From Eledone cirrhosa (Eukaryota), in the NCBI GenBank assembly GCA_964016885.1, contig OZ024755.1, forward strand, positions 38,130,001 through 38,194,000: a stretch of 64,000 bases of DNA, in the 5' to 3' direction. The stretch's first letter is position 1. Each line of letters begins with the position of its first letter. Below are positions 1 to 11,089 of this stretch, piece after piece. The notes under the pieces were generated by a model that saw only the letters and a program-made list of their open reading frames with translations, made no database searches and was not told the origin of the DNA. The translations under genes and the position numbers were made by a program.

Positions 1-280
1 GACATTCTAACCACATGTCCATAGTATCAGAGCTGTGATCTCTCAATTCAGAGAAGTAGCGACTCTACCTGGAGTGACTCTCTGAGGAATCCCATTTCGA
101 CCGCTTGTATTCGCGATCATATTCTTTTGGTCATTAACCAAGATTCGTGACATAGGTAAGGGTTGGCGTGAAAACCGAATTGAAGGCAGTGAGTTTTGTT
201 TTTACACCTCCCTCCCTTCTGATTACTGAGCGCTGAAGCTGGTGCATTGCTGCACCAGCTTTTGCAATTCTTGTCTTTTA
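1..280 (-). mobile_element. Decayed RTE-clade (Expander-like) LINE fragment, post-RT region
   Basis: The minus strand encodes ...HESWLMTKRI*SRIQAVEMGFL...SLQVESLLL*IERSQL*YYGHVVRM, typical of the RTE C-terminal region. It is homologous to 4860-5565 and 37849-38595, has stops, and runs off the window edge. Confidence 0.8.
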
Positions 281-916
281 ATCTTAATTTGAAAAAAGCC
301 CCCAAAACTGCGAATATACTAAAAAGTGAAAGCACACTTTATAGTGGTTAGGTTGTTTGTTTCATGATTGTAAGTTTGTGGGTTCTGTCTCCTGACCAAG
401 CTGCATGTTGTGTACTTGAGAAAGGAACTTCATTTCATAGAGCATCATTCTACTCAACTGAAGACCAACTGTAGCTGTGGGTTAACTTTCTAATAGATCG
501 GCATCTTACCTTGTACTCTCAGTTACTTAACACCACATAAAACCTGGATAAACTCCTGCCTATTGTCTCTCAAAGCTGACTTTAACTTTTGTTAACTCCT
601 AAGAACATTTTTTATTTTGTCAAGAAAATGTACATTTCAATGTTAATTTCCTTGTAATTTTCTTATACAAATTTACCCAAATCTAAATAATAACACACAA
701 TGATGGAGTGCTGTGGGTGATGTTGTTATTGTTGTTGTTTGCCCCCAGGTTAACTGTGGTCATACAGGACTTATGATGAATGTTATCCTGTCTTTTTATA
801 TATCAAGGACGTACCTTCTCCAATGTGTCCTTTTAATAAAGATGGTATGGTGTGGTTTGAGATTTGGCTTGCTCTCATGTTAACACATGCAGTAACATTT
901 AACTACATTGGTTTAA

Positions 917-1121
917 CCCTTTAGCATTTAAACTGGCTGTATCCGACCAGAATTATCTCACCTCTTTCTGTTGAAACCGGCCATAACTGGCTGCTCACAC
1001 TTATGTTAAGGTATTGTTCTCAAAATAAATATCAAAATCTCACAGATTCGATATTATGTGAGGTAAAGTGTTTACAATGAAAATACAATAGTATATATAG
1101 AGTAATGTAAATGGTAAAGGG
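917..1121. mobile_element. piggyBac-type MITE (TTAA target), copy 1
   Basis: TTAA|CCCTTTA...TAAAGGG|TTAA; TTAA at 913-916 and 1122-1125; about 205-220 bp, non-coding, several homologous copies in the window. Confidence 0.85.
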
Positions 1122-1125
1122 TTAA

Positions 1126-1336
1126 CCCTTTAGTGTTTACATTACTCTATATATACTATTGTATTTTCACAGTAAAGGCTTTATCTTACACAATTATCTC
1201 ACACAATATCGAATCTATGAAATTTTGATAATAATCATTTTGAGAACAATACCTTAACATCAATATGAGTGGCCGGTTTTGGCTGGTTTAAGCAGAAAGA
1301 GGTGAGAGAATTCTAGCCGGTTTAAATGCTAAAGGG
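1126..1336. mobile_element. piggyBac-type MITE, copy 2 (inverted relative to copy 1)
   Basis: Same termini; shares TTAA 1122-1125 with copy 1; right TTAA at 1337-1340. Confidence 0.85.
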
Positions 1337-1371
1337 TTAAGGGAGATTTGAATCACTATTATTTCTTAAAG

Positions 1372-1970
1372 ATTGGCAGAATTGGTAGAGCATTGGATAA
1401 AATGGCATTGCAGTTTTTGTTCAGGCTATTATTATTATTATTGGACTGGCAGAGTCGGTATAGTGTCAGACAACATGCTTTTCAACATAGAGTTATGGCC
1501 CTTTACGATCTGAGTTCATATCGTGCTGAGGTTAGCTTTGCTTTTCATCCTTACGGGTCAATAAAATAAGTACCAGTAATGCACTGGGGTAAATTTAATC
1601 AACTTTCCCCTCCCCCCAAATTGCTGGCCTATATAAGAAACCATTATTATTGGGTCGGACGCCATGCTTTGACGCATAGAGTTGCGGCCCTTTACATTCT
1701 GAGTTCAAATCCCACTGAGGTTAACTTTGCCTTTCATCCTTACGGGGTCGATAAAATAAAGTACCAGTAATACACTGGGGTAATTGCTGGCCTTGTGCCA
1801 AAAGTAGAAACAATTATTATTATTAGTTCAAATCCCACCAAAGTCAACTTCTCCTCGCATCATTTGGGGGGTCGATAAAATAAAGTACCAGTCAAATACT
1901 GGAGTGGATTCAATCAACGTTGCCCTTCCTCCAAATTTCCTGGCTTTGTACCTAAATTTAAAGCCATTAT
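1372..1970 (+). mobile_element. Cluster of 3-4 head-to-tail tRNA-derived SINE-B copies (octopus-type SINE)
   Basis: Repeated TGGCAG..TCGGTA (A-box), GAGTTCAAATCC (B-box), the conserved core GCCTTTCATCCTTACGGGGTCGATAAAATAAAGTACCAG and (ATT)n tails. Confidence 0.85.
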
Positions 1971-2439
1971 TTCTAACAGGTGTTGCAGCCCTGGATTAAC
2001 CATATATACAAAATAAACAGGTTTAGGGCCTCAAGTAAAGATGAGCCATGTTTTTTTAATTTTTTTATGTCCAATTGGATTTATATAGGACCATGGTGTA
2101 ATATTGCAACTGAACCAGTGTCCATAAAAAGGGGACCTCCACAATCATTTCAATGTTTAGGGTCTCTAGAGACCATAGTCATGCTCTGGGCTTTGTTGAA
2201 ACTGTGTAGATTCTCCCTTGTTTACTTTTTATGTGGTAAAGATGTGTGCCTCTGTGGACATTTAACTAGGTTATCAACAATTATCTCACACACTACACAT
2301 TCTTAAACTACTGGCTTCCAAACAAACAAACCATTGCTATGTCCTTCAACAGAATCTTTCAAATAAAACCACACACTGTCTCACTTCTACTTTACATTGA
2401 TTTCTGGTTTGTCTCTCTGTTCTCTTATCTTAGCCAATA

Positions 2440-4055
2440 CACACCACTGCTACCATCACAGCCAACACCACCACCACCACCATCACAGCCAACACCACCA
2501 CCACCATCATCACAGCCAACACCACCACCACCATCATCACAGCCAACACCACCACCACCACCACAGCCAACACCACCACCACCATCATCACAGCCAACAC
2601 CACCGTCGCCATCATCACCATCACAGCCAACACCACCACCACCATGATCTCAGTCAATACACACCACCACCACCATCATCACAGCCAACACCACCACCAC
2701 CATCACCACAGCCAACACCACCACCATCATCACCACCACAGCCAACACCACCACCACCACCACCATCACAGCCAACACCACCACCACCATCACCACAGCC
2801 AACACCACCACCATCATCACAGCCAACACCACCACCACCATCATCACAGCCAACACCACCACCACCATCATCACAGCCAACACCACCACCATCATCACAG
2901 CCAACACCACCACCACCACCATCATCACAGCCAACACCACCGTCGCCATCATCACCATCACAGCCAACACCACCATCATCACAGCCAACACCACCGTCGC
3001 CATCATCACCATCACAGCCAACACCACCACCACCATCACAACCACCACCACCACCATCATCACCATCATAACCAACCACCACCACCACCTCCATCACAGC
3101 CAATACCACCACCACCACCACCATCACAGCCAACATCACCACCACCATCATCACCATCACAGCCAACACCACCACCACCATCACAACCACCACCACCACC
3201 ATCATCACCATCATAACCAACCACCACCATCATCACCATCATAACCAACCACCACCACCACCTCCATCACAGCCAACATCACCACCACCATCATCACCAT
3301 CACAACCAACACCACCACCATCATCACCATCACAACCAACACCACCACCATCACAATCACAACCAACCACCACCACCACCATCACAACCAACACCACCAT
3401 CACCACCATCACAGCCAACACCACCACCACCATCACAACCAACCACCACTATCATCACAACCAACACCACCACCACCATCACACCCAACACCACCACCAT
3501 CATCACAGCCAATGCCACCGCCACCATTATCACAACCAACACCACCACCACCAACACTACCACCATCATCATCACCCCCACCCCCACCCCCACCACCACC
3601 ACAACCATCACCTCCAACACCACCCCCACCACCACAACCATCACAACAACCACCACACCCCCTACCACCAATACTACCACCATCAATACCACAACTCCAC
3701 CACCATCACAACCAACCACCACTATCACCACACCCAACAGCACCACCATCACACGCAACACCACCACCATCATCACAACCAACACCACCACCACCAACAT
3801 TACCACCATAATCATCACCCCCACCCCACCCCCACCACCTCCAACACCACCCCCACCACCACAACCATCACAACTACCACCACACCCACTACCACCAATA
3901 CTACCACCATCAATACCACAACCCCACCACCACAACCATCACAACTACCACCACACCCACTACCACCATCAATACCACAACCCCACCACCACCACCATCA
4001 CTACCACCACCACTATAACCATTATCATCAACACCACCATCATCACCCCCACCAG
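2440..4055. repeat. Compound (CAC/CAT)n minisatellite, unit approx. CAGCCAACACCACCACCACCATCATCA
   Basis: Directly visible; it explains the Pro/His/Val/Gly-rich ORFs in all frames. Confidence 0.95.
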
Positions 4056-4483
4056 CTGTAACAGTAGGTTTTACTAGTAGTGTACTAGATAAGTTTAGTT
4101 GAAGCTACATCAGATACAGAGAAGCCATTGTTCAAATCTCCCCCTTCTTCCACGTGTTCTGTTCTTTAGATATTTACTACCTGCTGATTGAAAAGGAGGA
4201 ATAGAAGATGAGGAGGCATGGGTGGCTGGGGACAATGTACTGAGTTAAGATACAAGACCCATAGAAAACATTCTATAGAAGTTGGCCCACTTCTCTGGAT
4301 ATTAACAACAAATGGAATATGTCTCCTACTCTTTATTTCTGATTTCTAGACTTTCAACTGTCATCATCATCTGATGTCTGCTGTCCCCGTTAGCCTGGGT
4401 TGGACATGTCTACATAGACCACTGGGGAGCAATTTGAATATTTAGGGGGTTTTACTTTATTACTTTTACACCAAGGCAACTTT

Positions 4484-4626
4484 GGTACACATTACTGTCA
4501 GAAACTCCTGTCTCACCTCCACCATATGTTATTGTACATTTGGCACCACCTATATGGTACACATTACTGTCAGAAACTCCTGCCTCACCTCCACCATATG
4601 TTATTGTACATCTGGCACCTCCTATA
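4484..4626. repeat. 72-bp tandem duplication (2 copies)
   Basis: GGTACACATTACTGTCAGAAACTCCTG... at 4484 and 4556. Confidence 0.9.
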
Positions 4627-4859
4627 CACCAATTTCTTTACACTTTGCAGTTGATCATTGCATGTGAAAGGGGGAAATAACAATTATTGAGGTAGGGCAT
4701 GGTCCATAAAAGGTTTGGAACCAGACATAGATCAAATCAATAGTGAAGCTGGGCTTCCCATGTCCCAGACTTGCTGAGGAGGTCTGTATCCTGCTTATGT
4801 ATGGTTGTGGTGGTGGTGTTGTTGGTAGTGGTGGTGGTGGTGGTGGTGGTCATCGTGGT

Positions 4860-5565
4860 TTTCTTCTCCTCCTCCTTTCTTGAGATGGTCACAGGAGCAG
4901 ACTCCTCAGACACTCCTTCCAGCAGGTCCCGTCATAAGCAACCATCTCCAACTGATCCAGCTGGATCCCCAAGTGAGGCCAGCCAAGTTCATGGATGTTA
5001 TCCAACCATCTTGCTCGGGGTCAACCCCTGGGTCTCCTGCCTGTTGGTTTTGCCAGTAAAATTTGTCCAGCAATTCTTTCCTGAGACATCCTAACCACCT
5101 GGCCATAGTATCAGAGCTGTGATCTCTCAATTCAGAGAGGTAGCAGCTCTACCTGGAGTGACTCTCCAGTGATTCTTTCCTGAGACATTCTAACCACATG
5201 GCCATAGTATCAGAGCTGTGATCTCTCAATTCAGAGAGGTAGCAGCTCTACCTGGAGTGACTCTCCAGTGATTCTTTCCTGAGACATCCTAACCACATGG
5301 CCATAGTATCAGAGCTGTGATCTCTCAATTCAGAGAAGTAGCGGCTCTACCTGGAGTGACTCTCCAGTGATTCGTTCCACATGCCTATAGTATCGGATTC
5401 TAACCATATGTCTATAGTATCGGAAAGGTGATCTCTCTATTCTGAGAAGTAGCGGCTCTACCTGGAGTGACTCTCTCAACTTTGAGCTACACACTTTATT
5501 GAATAACGTTACTCCAAAATCCCTTTGGAGGAAACCATTTTGGCCGCTTGTGTCAATTTCAGAAA
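4860..5565 (-). mobile_element. 3' end of Expander-like RTE LINE with internal 99-bp tandem amplification
   Basis: The minus strand encodes ..KVCSSKLRESLQVEPLLLRIERS..YYRHMVR.. and a GRRPRG-like motif; 99-bp units start at about 5074, 5173, 5272 and 5371. Confidence 0.85.
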
Positions 5566-5580
5566 CCATTATTATTATCA

Positions 5581-5775
5581 AGGGCGGTGGATTGGCAGTA
5601 TCGGTAGAGGGTCAGGCATGCTTTGACGCATAGAGTTATGGCCCTTGCCATTCTGAGTTCAAATCCCGCCGAGGTTAACTTTGCCTTTCATCCTTACGGG
5701 GTCGATAAAATAAAGTACCAGTAATGTACTGGGGTAATTGCTGGCCTTGTGCCAAAAGTAGAAACCATTATTATT
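5581..5775 (+). mobile_element. SINE-B, full length (short subfamily)
   Basis: GGCGGTGGATTGGCAGTATCGG head, B-box GAGTTCAAATCC, conserved core, ATT tail. Confidence 0.9.
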
Positions 5776-5993
5776 ATCATGTGCAGTATTTATCAGGGCT
5801 CTCTATGATCTGAGTTCAAACCCAGGGAAGATTAACTTTGTTTTTCACCGTTAGACGGTCAATAATACAAAGAGCCAGTCAAGCACTGGGGTCTCTTTAA
5901 TCACCAGCACTGCTGGCCAGGTAGCAATCTATATATAAACTTCTGTGATTCTCTCAGATGTAAAGAAAGAGGGGTAGTTTGCCTACCTTGTGT

Positions 5994-6325
5994 TATCATC
6001 ATTTTACGTCTGCTTTTCCCTGCTTGCAAGGGTGGGACGGGAACTGATTCTGGCTTGATTTCTACAGCTGGATGCCCTTCCTAACACCAACCTCATTTAC
6101 AGTGAGTGCTGGGTGCTTTTTTTTCTGTGGCACCTCCACGACCACTTTGCAGTGGAATGATATGGACCCCGTCCCTATCATCTCATTTCTACAGCTGAGT
6201 AAACTGGAGCAATGTGAAATAAAGTGTCTTGCTCAAGGAAACAACACATCACCCAGTCTGAGAATTGAATTCACAACCTTTCGATTGCGAGGCCAATGAT
6301 CTAACCACTAAGCCATGTGCCTCCA
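5994..6325 (-). mobile_element. SINE-A (tRNA head + CORE-like domain + RTE-LINE 3' tail)
   Basis: Reverse complement of 6575-6913; (TGA)n tail. Confidence 0.9.
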
Positions 6326-6574
6326 TTAAGCCATGTGCCTCCATACTAAGCCATGTGCCTCCATACTAAGCCATGTGCCTCCATACTAAGCCATGTGCCT
6401 CCATACTAAGCCATGTGCCTCAATTCAAAGTAGCAGCTCTCTTTGGAGTGACTCTCATACATATATTACTAATTATAGAGTTAGTTACCTGTAAGAGTTG
6501 TGTTGCAATGTCTCATTGATAAACAGATGTTATCAGGTAAGAACACTCTGTCAGCCATGTATATCCAGCATTAT

Positions 6575-6913
6575 GGAGGCACATGGCTTAGTGGTTAGAG
6601 CATTGGCCTTGCAATCGAAAGGTTGTGAGTTCAATTCTCAGACCGGGTGATGTGTTGTTTCCTTGAGCAAGTCACTTTATTTCACATTGCTCCAGTTTAC
6701 TCAGCTAGAGAAATGAGATGATAGGGACTGGGGTCCCTATCATTCCACTGCAAAGTGGTCGTGGAGGTGCCACGGCAAAAAAGCACCCAGCACTCACTGT
6801 AAATGAGGTTGGTGTTAGGAAGGGCATCCAGCTGTAGAAATCAAGCCAGAATCAGTTCCCGTCCCACCCTTGCAAGCAGGGAGAAGCGGACGTAAAATGA
6901 AATGATGATGATA
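6575..6913 (+). mobile_element. SINE-A, full length
   Basis: A-box TGGCTTAGTGG, B-box GAGTTCAATTC, CORE-like TTCCTTGAGCAAG.CACTTTATTTCACATTGCTCCAG, a 3' half homologous to LINE UTR 10180-10395, and a (TGA)n tail. Confidence 0.9.
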
Positions 6914-7010
6914 GTGAGAAACGCAACAGAGTTTCTATGAATTAACTCTAAGACAGATGTTACATCATCTTATTTATTGCATATGTAACATCTGTCTTAA
7001 CATTAATTCA

Positions 7011-7048
<38 letters not shown>

Positions 7049-7091
7049 TTGCTAGGTTTTTGATATGAAATCGTGTATCGAAACAAATATT

Positions 7092-7748
7092 GTTATACTT
7101 GGGGACAGTCATATTGTTGTAATAATATTGCCAGAAATAATAACAAAACACACTCACTGTTTGGTTGGTTTTCGCTTCTGTATCTTTTATATCTCCACAG
7201 TTAATTTATTTGGCAATCAATGTTTATCATTGACTGACCAACGGTTAAAAATACAGATATAAATATATATATATACATAGTCTAACAAAGTTCTTTTGTT
7301 GCACATCTGCAACATCATCAGTGGTACTATTATGTTTCCTCCTGTTGTATTGTATGTCTACGCCATTTTTATTTTATTTATTTATTTATTTATATATGTA
7401 TTTTTAACCGTTGGTCAATCAATGATAAACATTGACTGCCAAATAAATTAACTATGGAGATATAAAAGATACAGAAGTGAAAACCCACCAAACAGTGAGT
7501 GTGTTCTGTTATTATTTCTGGCAATATTATTACAGATTGGCAGTATCAGTAGAGGGTCGGACGCTATGCTTTGATGCATAGAGTTACGGCCCTTGCCATT
7601 CTGAGTTAGAATCCCGCCGAGGTTAACTTTGCCTTTCATCCTTACGGGGTCGATAAAATAAAGTACCAGTAATGCACTGGGTAATTGCTGGCCTTGTGCC
7701 AAACGTAGAAACAATTATTACAACAATATGACCCTCCCCAAGTATAAC
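7092..7748. mobile_element. Long-TIR MITE (approx. 170-bp inverted arms) interrupted by a SINE-B
   Basis: 7092-7260 is the reverse complement of 7395-7534 plus 7723-7748; terminus GTTATACTTGGGGA; a related end sequence lies near 35265-35287. Confidence 0.8.
7535..7713 (+). mobile_element. SINE-B inserted in MITE arm
   Basis: SINE-B consensus; TSD ATTATTACA at 7526-7534 and 7714-7722. Confidence 0.9.
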
Positions 7749-7771
7749 CATATATATATATTATTATATTT

Positions 7772-10149
7772 CTCACAAAAGCCTTCCCTAGTGAGGAATG
7801 TACATCCCAACATAGCTTAGTTGTCAGCGACCTCACAGTCAGAACTAGACGAACCTGGAAACAGAGGCCAACCTGGAGAAGAAAGATCTGGAAGCTGAAA
7901 GACCCCTCAACCAGTATCAGATTTAGAGATATTTTACTCAACGCCTACGACAGTAAAGAAGAACAGATAGAGACATTCAATGTAGAAGAGCACTGGGAGT
8001 TCCTAAAAAATAACTTACTAGAGGCGACGGATGAGGTCTGTGGCTGGAGTAAGACCACAAGCAGGAGGAGAGTGACTTGGTGGTGGAACAATAAGGTAGA
8101 TGAGGCAGTTAAGGCCAAGAGACAGGCATGGAAAGAATGGAAGAACGGGGGGAGCAGGGTACATTACATAGATACCAAGAGGGAAGCTAGGCGACAAGCA
8201 TACATAGCTAGGAGGGAAGCAGAGGATAGAAAATTCAAGCATGTTTTGCAATGTGAGGACCAGAAACAGGAGGTGTTCAAGATTGCGAGGCAGTGTGTCA
8301 GAGAGAATTGTGATGTCATTGGAGAGAAGTGTATCCGGAATGATAAAGGTGAGCTTGCCCTCACAAGTGCTGAGAAGAAAGATGCATGGAAGAGTCATTA
8401 TGATAGATTACTAAATGAGGAGAATGCATGGGAAGAAGAGACCCTACCCCAAGTAGACCCTATAGAGGGGCCAGCAGTACAAGTCAGCAGCAGCGTAGTA
8501 AGTAAGGCAATCAAAGATATGAAGACAGGGAAGGCAACCGGTCCACCGGGTATAGCTGCCGAGATGCTGAAGGCATCTGGGTCTGTAGGTCACACTATAA
8601 CCACACGCATTGTTAACCAGATAATACTAGAAGGTGTCATACCAAAAGATTGGTGCAGTAGCATCATTGTCAACTGCTACAAAGGTAAAGGTGATGCACT
8701 AGATAGAGGAAACTACAGAGGTATAAAGCTGATGGACCAGGTCATGAAAGTAACAGAAAGAGTTATAGCACAGTTGATTAGGGACCGGGTGAAACTAGAT
8801 GAGATGCAATTTGGGTTTGTACCAGGAAGAGGCACCACTGATGCCCTCTTCCTTGTGAGGCAGTTACAGGAAAAGTACCTAGCTAAAAGTAAGCCACTCT
8901 ACCTAGCATTCGTCGATCTCGAGAAAGCCTTTGGCAGAGTTCCACGTGCTGTAATCTGGTGGGCTCTTAGAAAACTAGGAGTAGATGAATAGTTTGTGAA
9001 AGCGGTACAAGCCATGTATAGGGGAGCAGTCAGCAAAGCTAGGATTAGCAATGAGTATAGCGAGGAATTTAGCATACAGGTTGGGGTCCACTAGGGCTCT
9101 GTTCTTAGCCCCCTCCTGTTCATCATAGTCCTGCAGGCAATAACGCAGGAGTTTAAGACCGGATGCCCATGGGAACTCCTGTATGCTGATGACCTCACAC
9201 TCATAGCTGAATCTATGGTAGAACTAGAGAATAAATTCCAAACTTGGAAGCAGGGACTAGAAAGAAAGGGTCTCAAAGTCAACATGACAGAGACTAAGGT
9301 CCTTGTAAGTAGACGAGAAAACAGAACCCAGATCCCCTCAGGGAAATGGCCTTGCTCAGTATGTAGGAAAGGTGTAGGTAGGAACTCCATTCTCTGCCCC
9401 AAATGCAAACAATGGGTGCACAAGAGATGTAGTGGGATCTCAGGAAGCTTAATTAAGAATGTAGGCTTCACATGCAGCAGCTGTACTGGGACAGCAAGCA
9501 GCAAACAGTCACAGGAAACAAGTACCACCAATCTCTGGGAGGGCTCTGTAGAAACAGTAGACAGCTTCTGCTACCTAGGTGACCAAATTAGCAGCGGAGG
9601 TGGGTGTTCAGAAAGTACAATAACTAGGGTAAGAACGGGATGGAAGAAGTTTAGGGAACTACTACCACTGCTAGCTGCAAAAGGCTTCTCCCTCAAAATG
9701 AAAGGCAGACTGTAAGATGCGTGTATCCGAACAGCGATGTTGCATGGTAGTGAGACCTGGGCGCTGAAGGTGGAAGACTTACGTAGATTAGAGAGAAACG
9801 AAGCCTGCATGCCCTGATGGATGTGTAATAGTGATATACGCGACCGACAAAGCATAAATGAATTGAGAGAGAGAGACTGAGCATAAGAGGAATCAAATGC
9901 TGTGTGCAGGAGAGGCGGTTGCGTTGGTATGGACATGTGATGCGTATGAAGGATGACAGCTGCATAAAAAGGTGCAGAGCACTAGAAGTCGATGGAAACC
10001 GCGGAGTGGGCAGACCCAAGATGACCTGGGATGAGGTGATAAAAGCCGACCTTACCCAATTACACCTCTCAAAGGCGATGACACATGACCGTGACCTCTG
10101 GCGTCACGCAGTAATACAGAGTACCCGACCTCCCATGGGTACAAGCTGA
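7772..10149 (+). pseudogene. Disabled LINE pol ORF (reverse transcriptase)
   Basis: In-frame stops at 8990 (TAG), 9092 (TAG), 9713 (TAA) and about 9815 (TGA), a frameshift near the (GA)n run at about 9866-9877, and most of the endonuclease missing. Confidence 0.9.
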
Positions 10150-10395
10150 AACATATAGACAATATGCCCCCACACCCACCACTGCAAGGTGGTCGTGCCA
10201 CGGCAAAAAAGCACCCAGCCCACTCTGTAAATGAGGTTGGTGTTACGAAGGGCATCCAGCTGTAGAAATCAAGCCAAATCAGTTCCTGTATGAGCAAGGC
10301 ATGGTCAGCCGACCAGACACTGCCCACAACAGGACAACCCGTCTAACCCATGCTAGTGTGGAAGAACGGACGTAAAACAGTGATGATGATGATAA
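7772..10395 (+). mobile_element. 5'-truncated RTE-clade non-LTR retrotransposon (end of APE endonuclease, RT, PHD-like finger, 3' UTR, (TGA)n tail)
   Basis: One frame from 7772: ..PSEECTSQHSLVVSD.. (APE C-terminus), TWWWN, KGKGDALDRGNYRGIKLM, QFGFVPGRGTTDA, FVDLEKAF, GSVLSPLLF, YADD at 9182-9193, FCYLG, RRLRWYGHVMR; stop at 10147-10149. Confidence 0.95.
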
Positions 10396-10397
10396 TA

Positions 10398-10590
10398 ATA
10401 ATTGTTTCTACTTTTGGCACAAGACCAGGAATTATCCCAGTGTATTACTGGTACTTTATTTTATCGACCCCGCAAGGATGAAAGGCTAAGTTAACCTCGG
10501 CGGGATTTGAACTCAGACCATAAAGGGCCGTAACTCTTTTCTGAAAAGCATGGCGTCCGACCCTCTACCGATACTGCCAATCCACCGCCA
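10398..10590 (-). mobile_element. SINE-B
   Basis: Reverse complement of the SINE-B consensus, abutting the LINE tail. Confidence 0.9.
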
Positions 10591-10614
10591 TATTATTATA
10601 ATAATAATAGTATA

Positions 10615-10996
10615 CGGGATGTTTACGAAAAACATTTTGAAGGCCTATCGCTATGAAGTTTAGGTTATCTGAACTTCACAAACCTAGCTTCAGCAATAAC
10701 CATCCTGTATAGCATGAACATCCTGTATATTTTCTAAATACAATACGTACTATTTCGGAACACCAATATAAATTTAATTTATGCCAGGCCGGCTATAGCT
10801 ACGTATACAAATGAGTTTCATCAGCTCAATATCCATAAGCAGAATTCTATAAGAATCCAGCTTAGTTTAGCTTCAACAAAGGCAAGGAGATATGTAGTTT
10901 TGAACGACTAATAAGTGAGAAATGGTGACATTGTTGATTACTTCCCCTGCTTTTGCTAGCGAAAGGCCTTCAAAATGTTTTTTCAGAAACATCCTG
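10615..10996. mobile_element. Tc1/mariner-type MITE (TA target)
   Basis: TA|CGGGATGTTTACGAAAAACATTTTGAAGGCCTATCGCTA ... TAGCGAAAGGCCTTCAAAATGTTTTTCAGAAACATCCTG|TA; about 39-bp imperfect TIRs. Confidence 0.8.
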
Positions 10997-11089
10997 TATA
11001 TTATTAAATATGCAATATGTATGTTGCTATTTCAGAGCACCTATACAAATATAAAAAAGAAAATTTCGCTCTACATGCCTGAATACAAT

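Noticed and set aside
2339-3935. Extensin-like (SQPTPPPP) and poly-His ORFs
   Set aside because: They are translations of a CAC-type repeat that is open in many frames on both strands and interrupted by stops and frameshifts, with no unique coding flanks or splice structure.
6072-6299. Recurrent 'MPFLTPT...' and 'YFIDPVRMKGKVN' ORFs (also 11441, 22821, 28447, 34611, 40659, 45577)
   Set aside because: These are antisense readings of SINE and LINE-UTR copies, not a gene family.
6575-6650. Possible tRNA genes
   Set aside because: They have A/B boxes but no complete cloverleaf, and they continue into SINE bodies.
7772-10149. Active LINE or domesticated RT gene
   Set aside because: It has four premature stops, a frameshift and a missing 5' endonuclease region.
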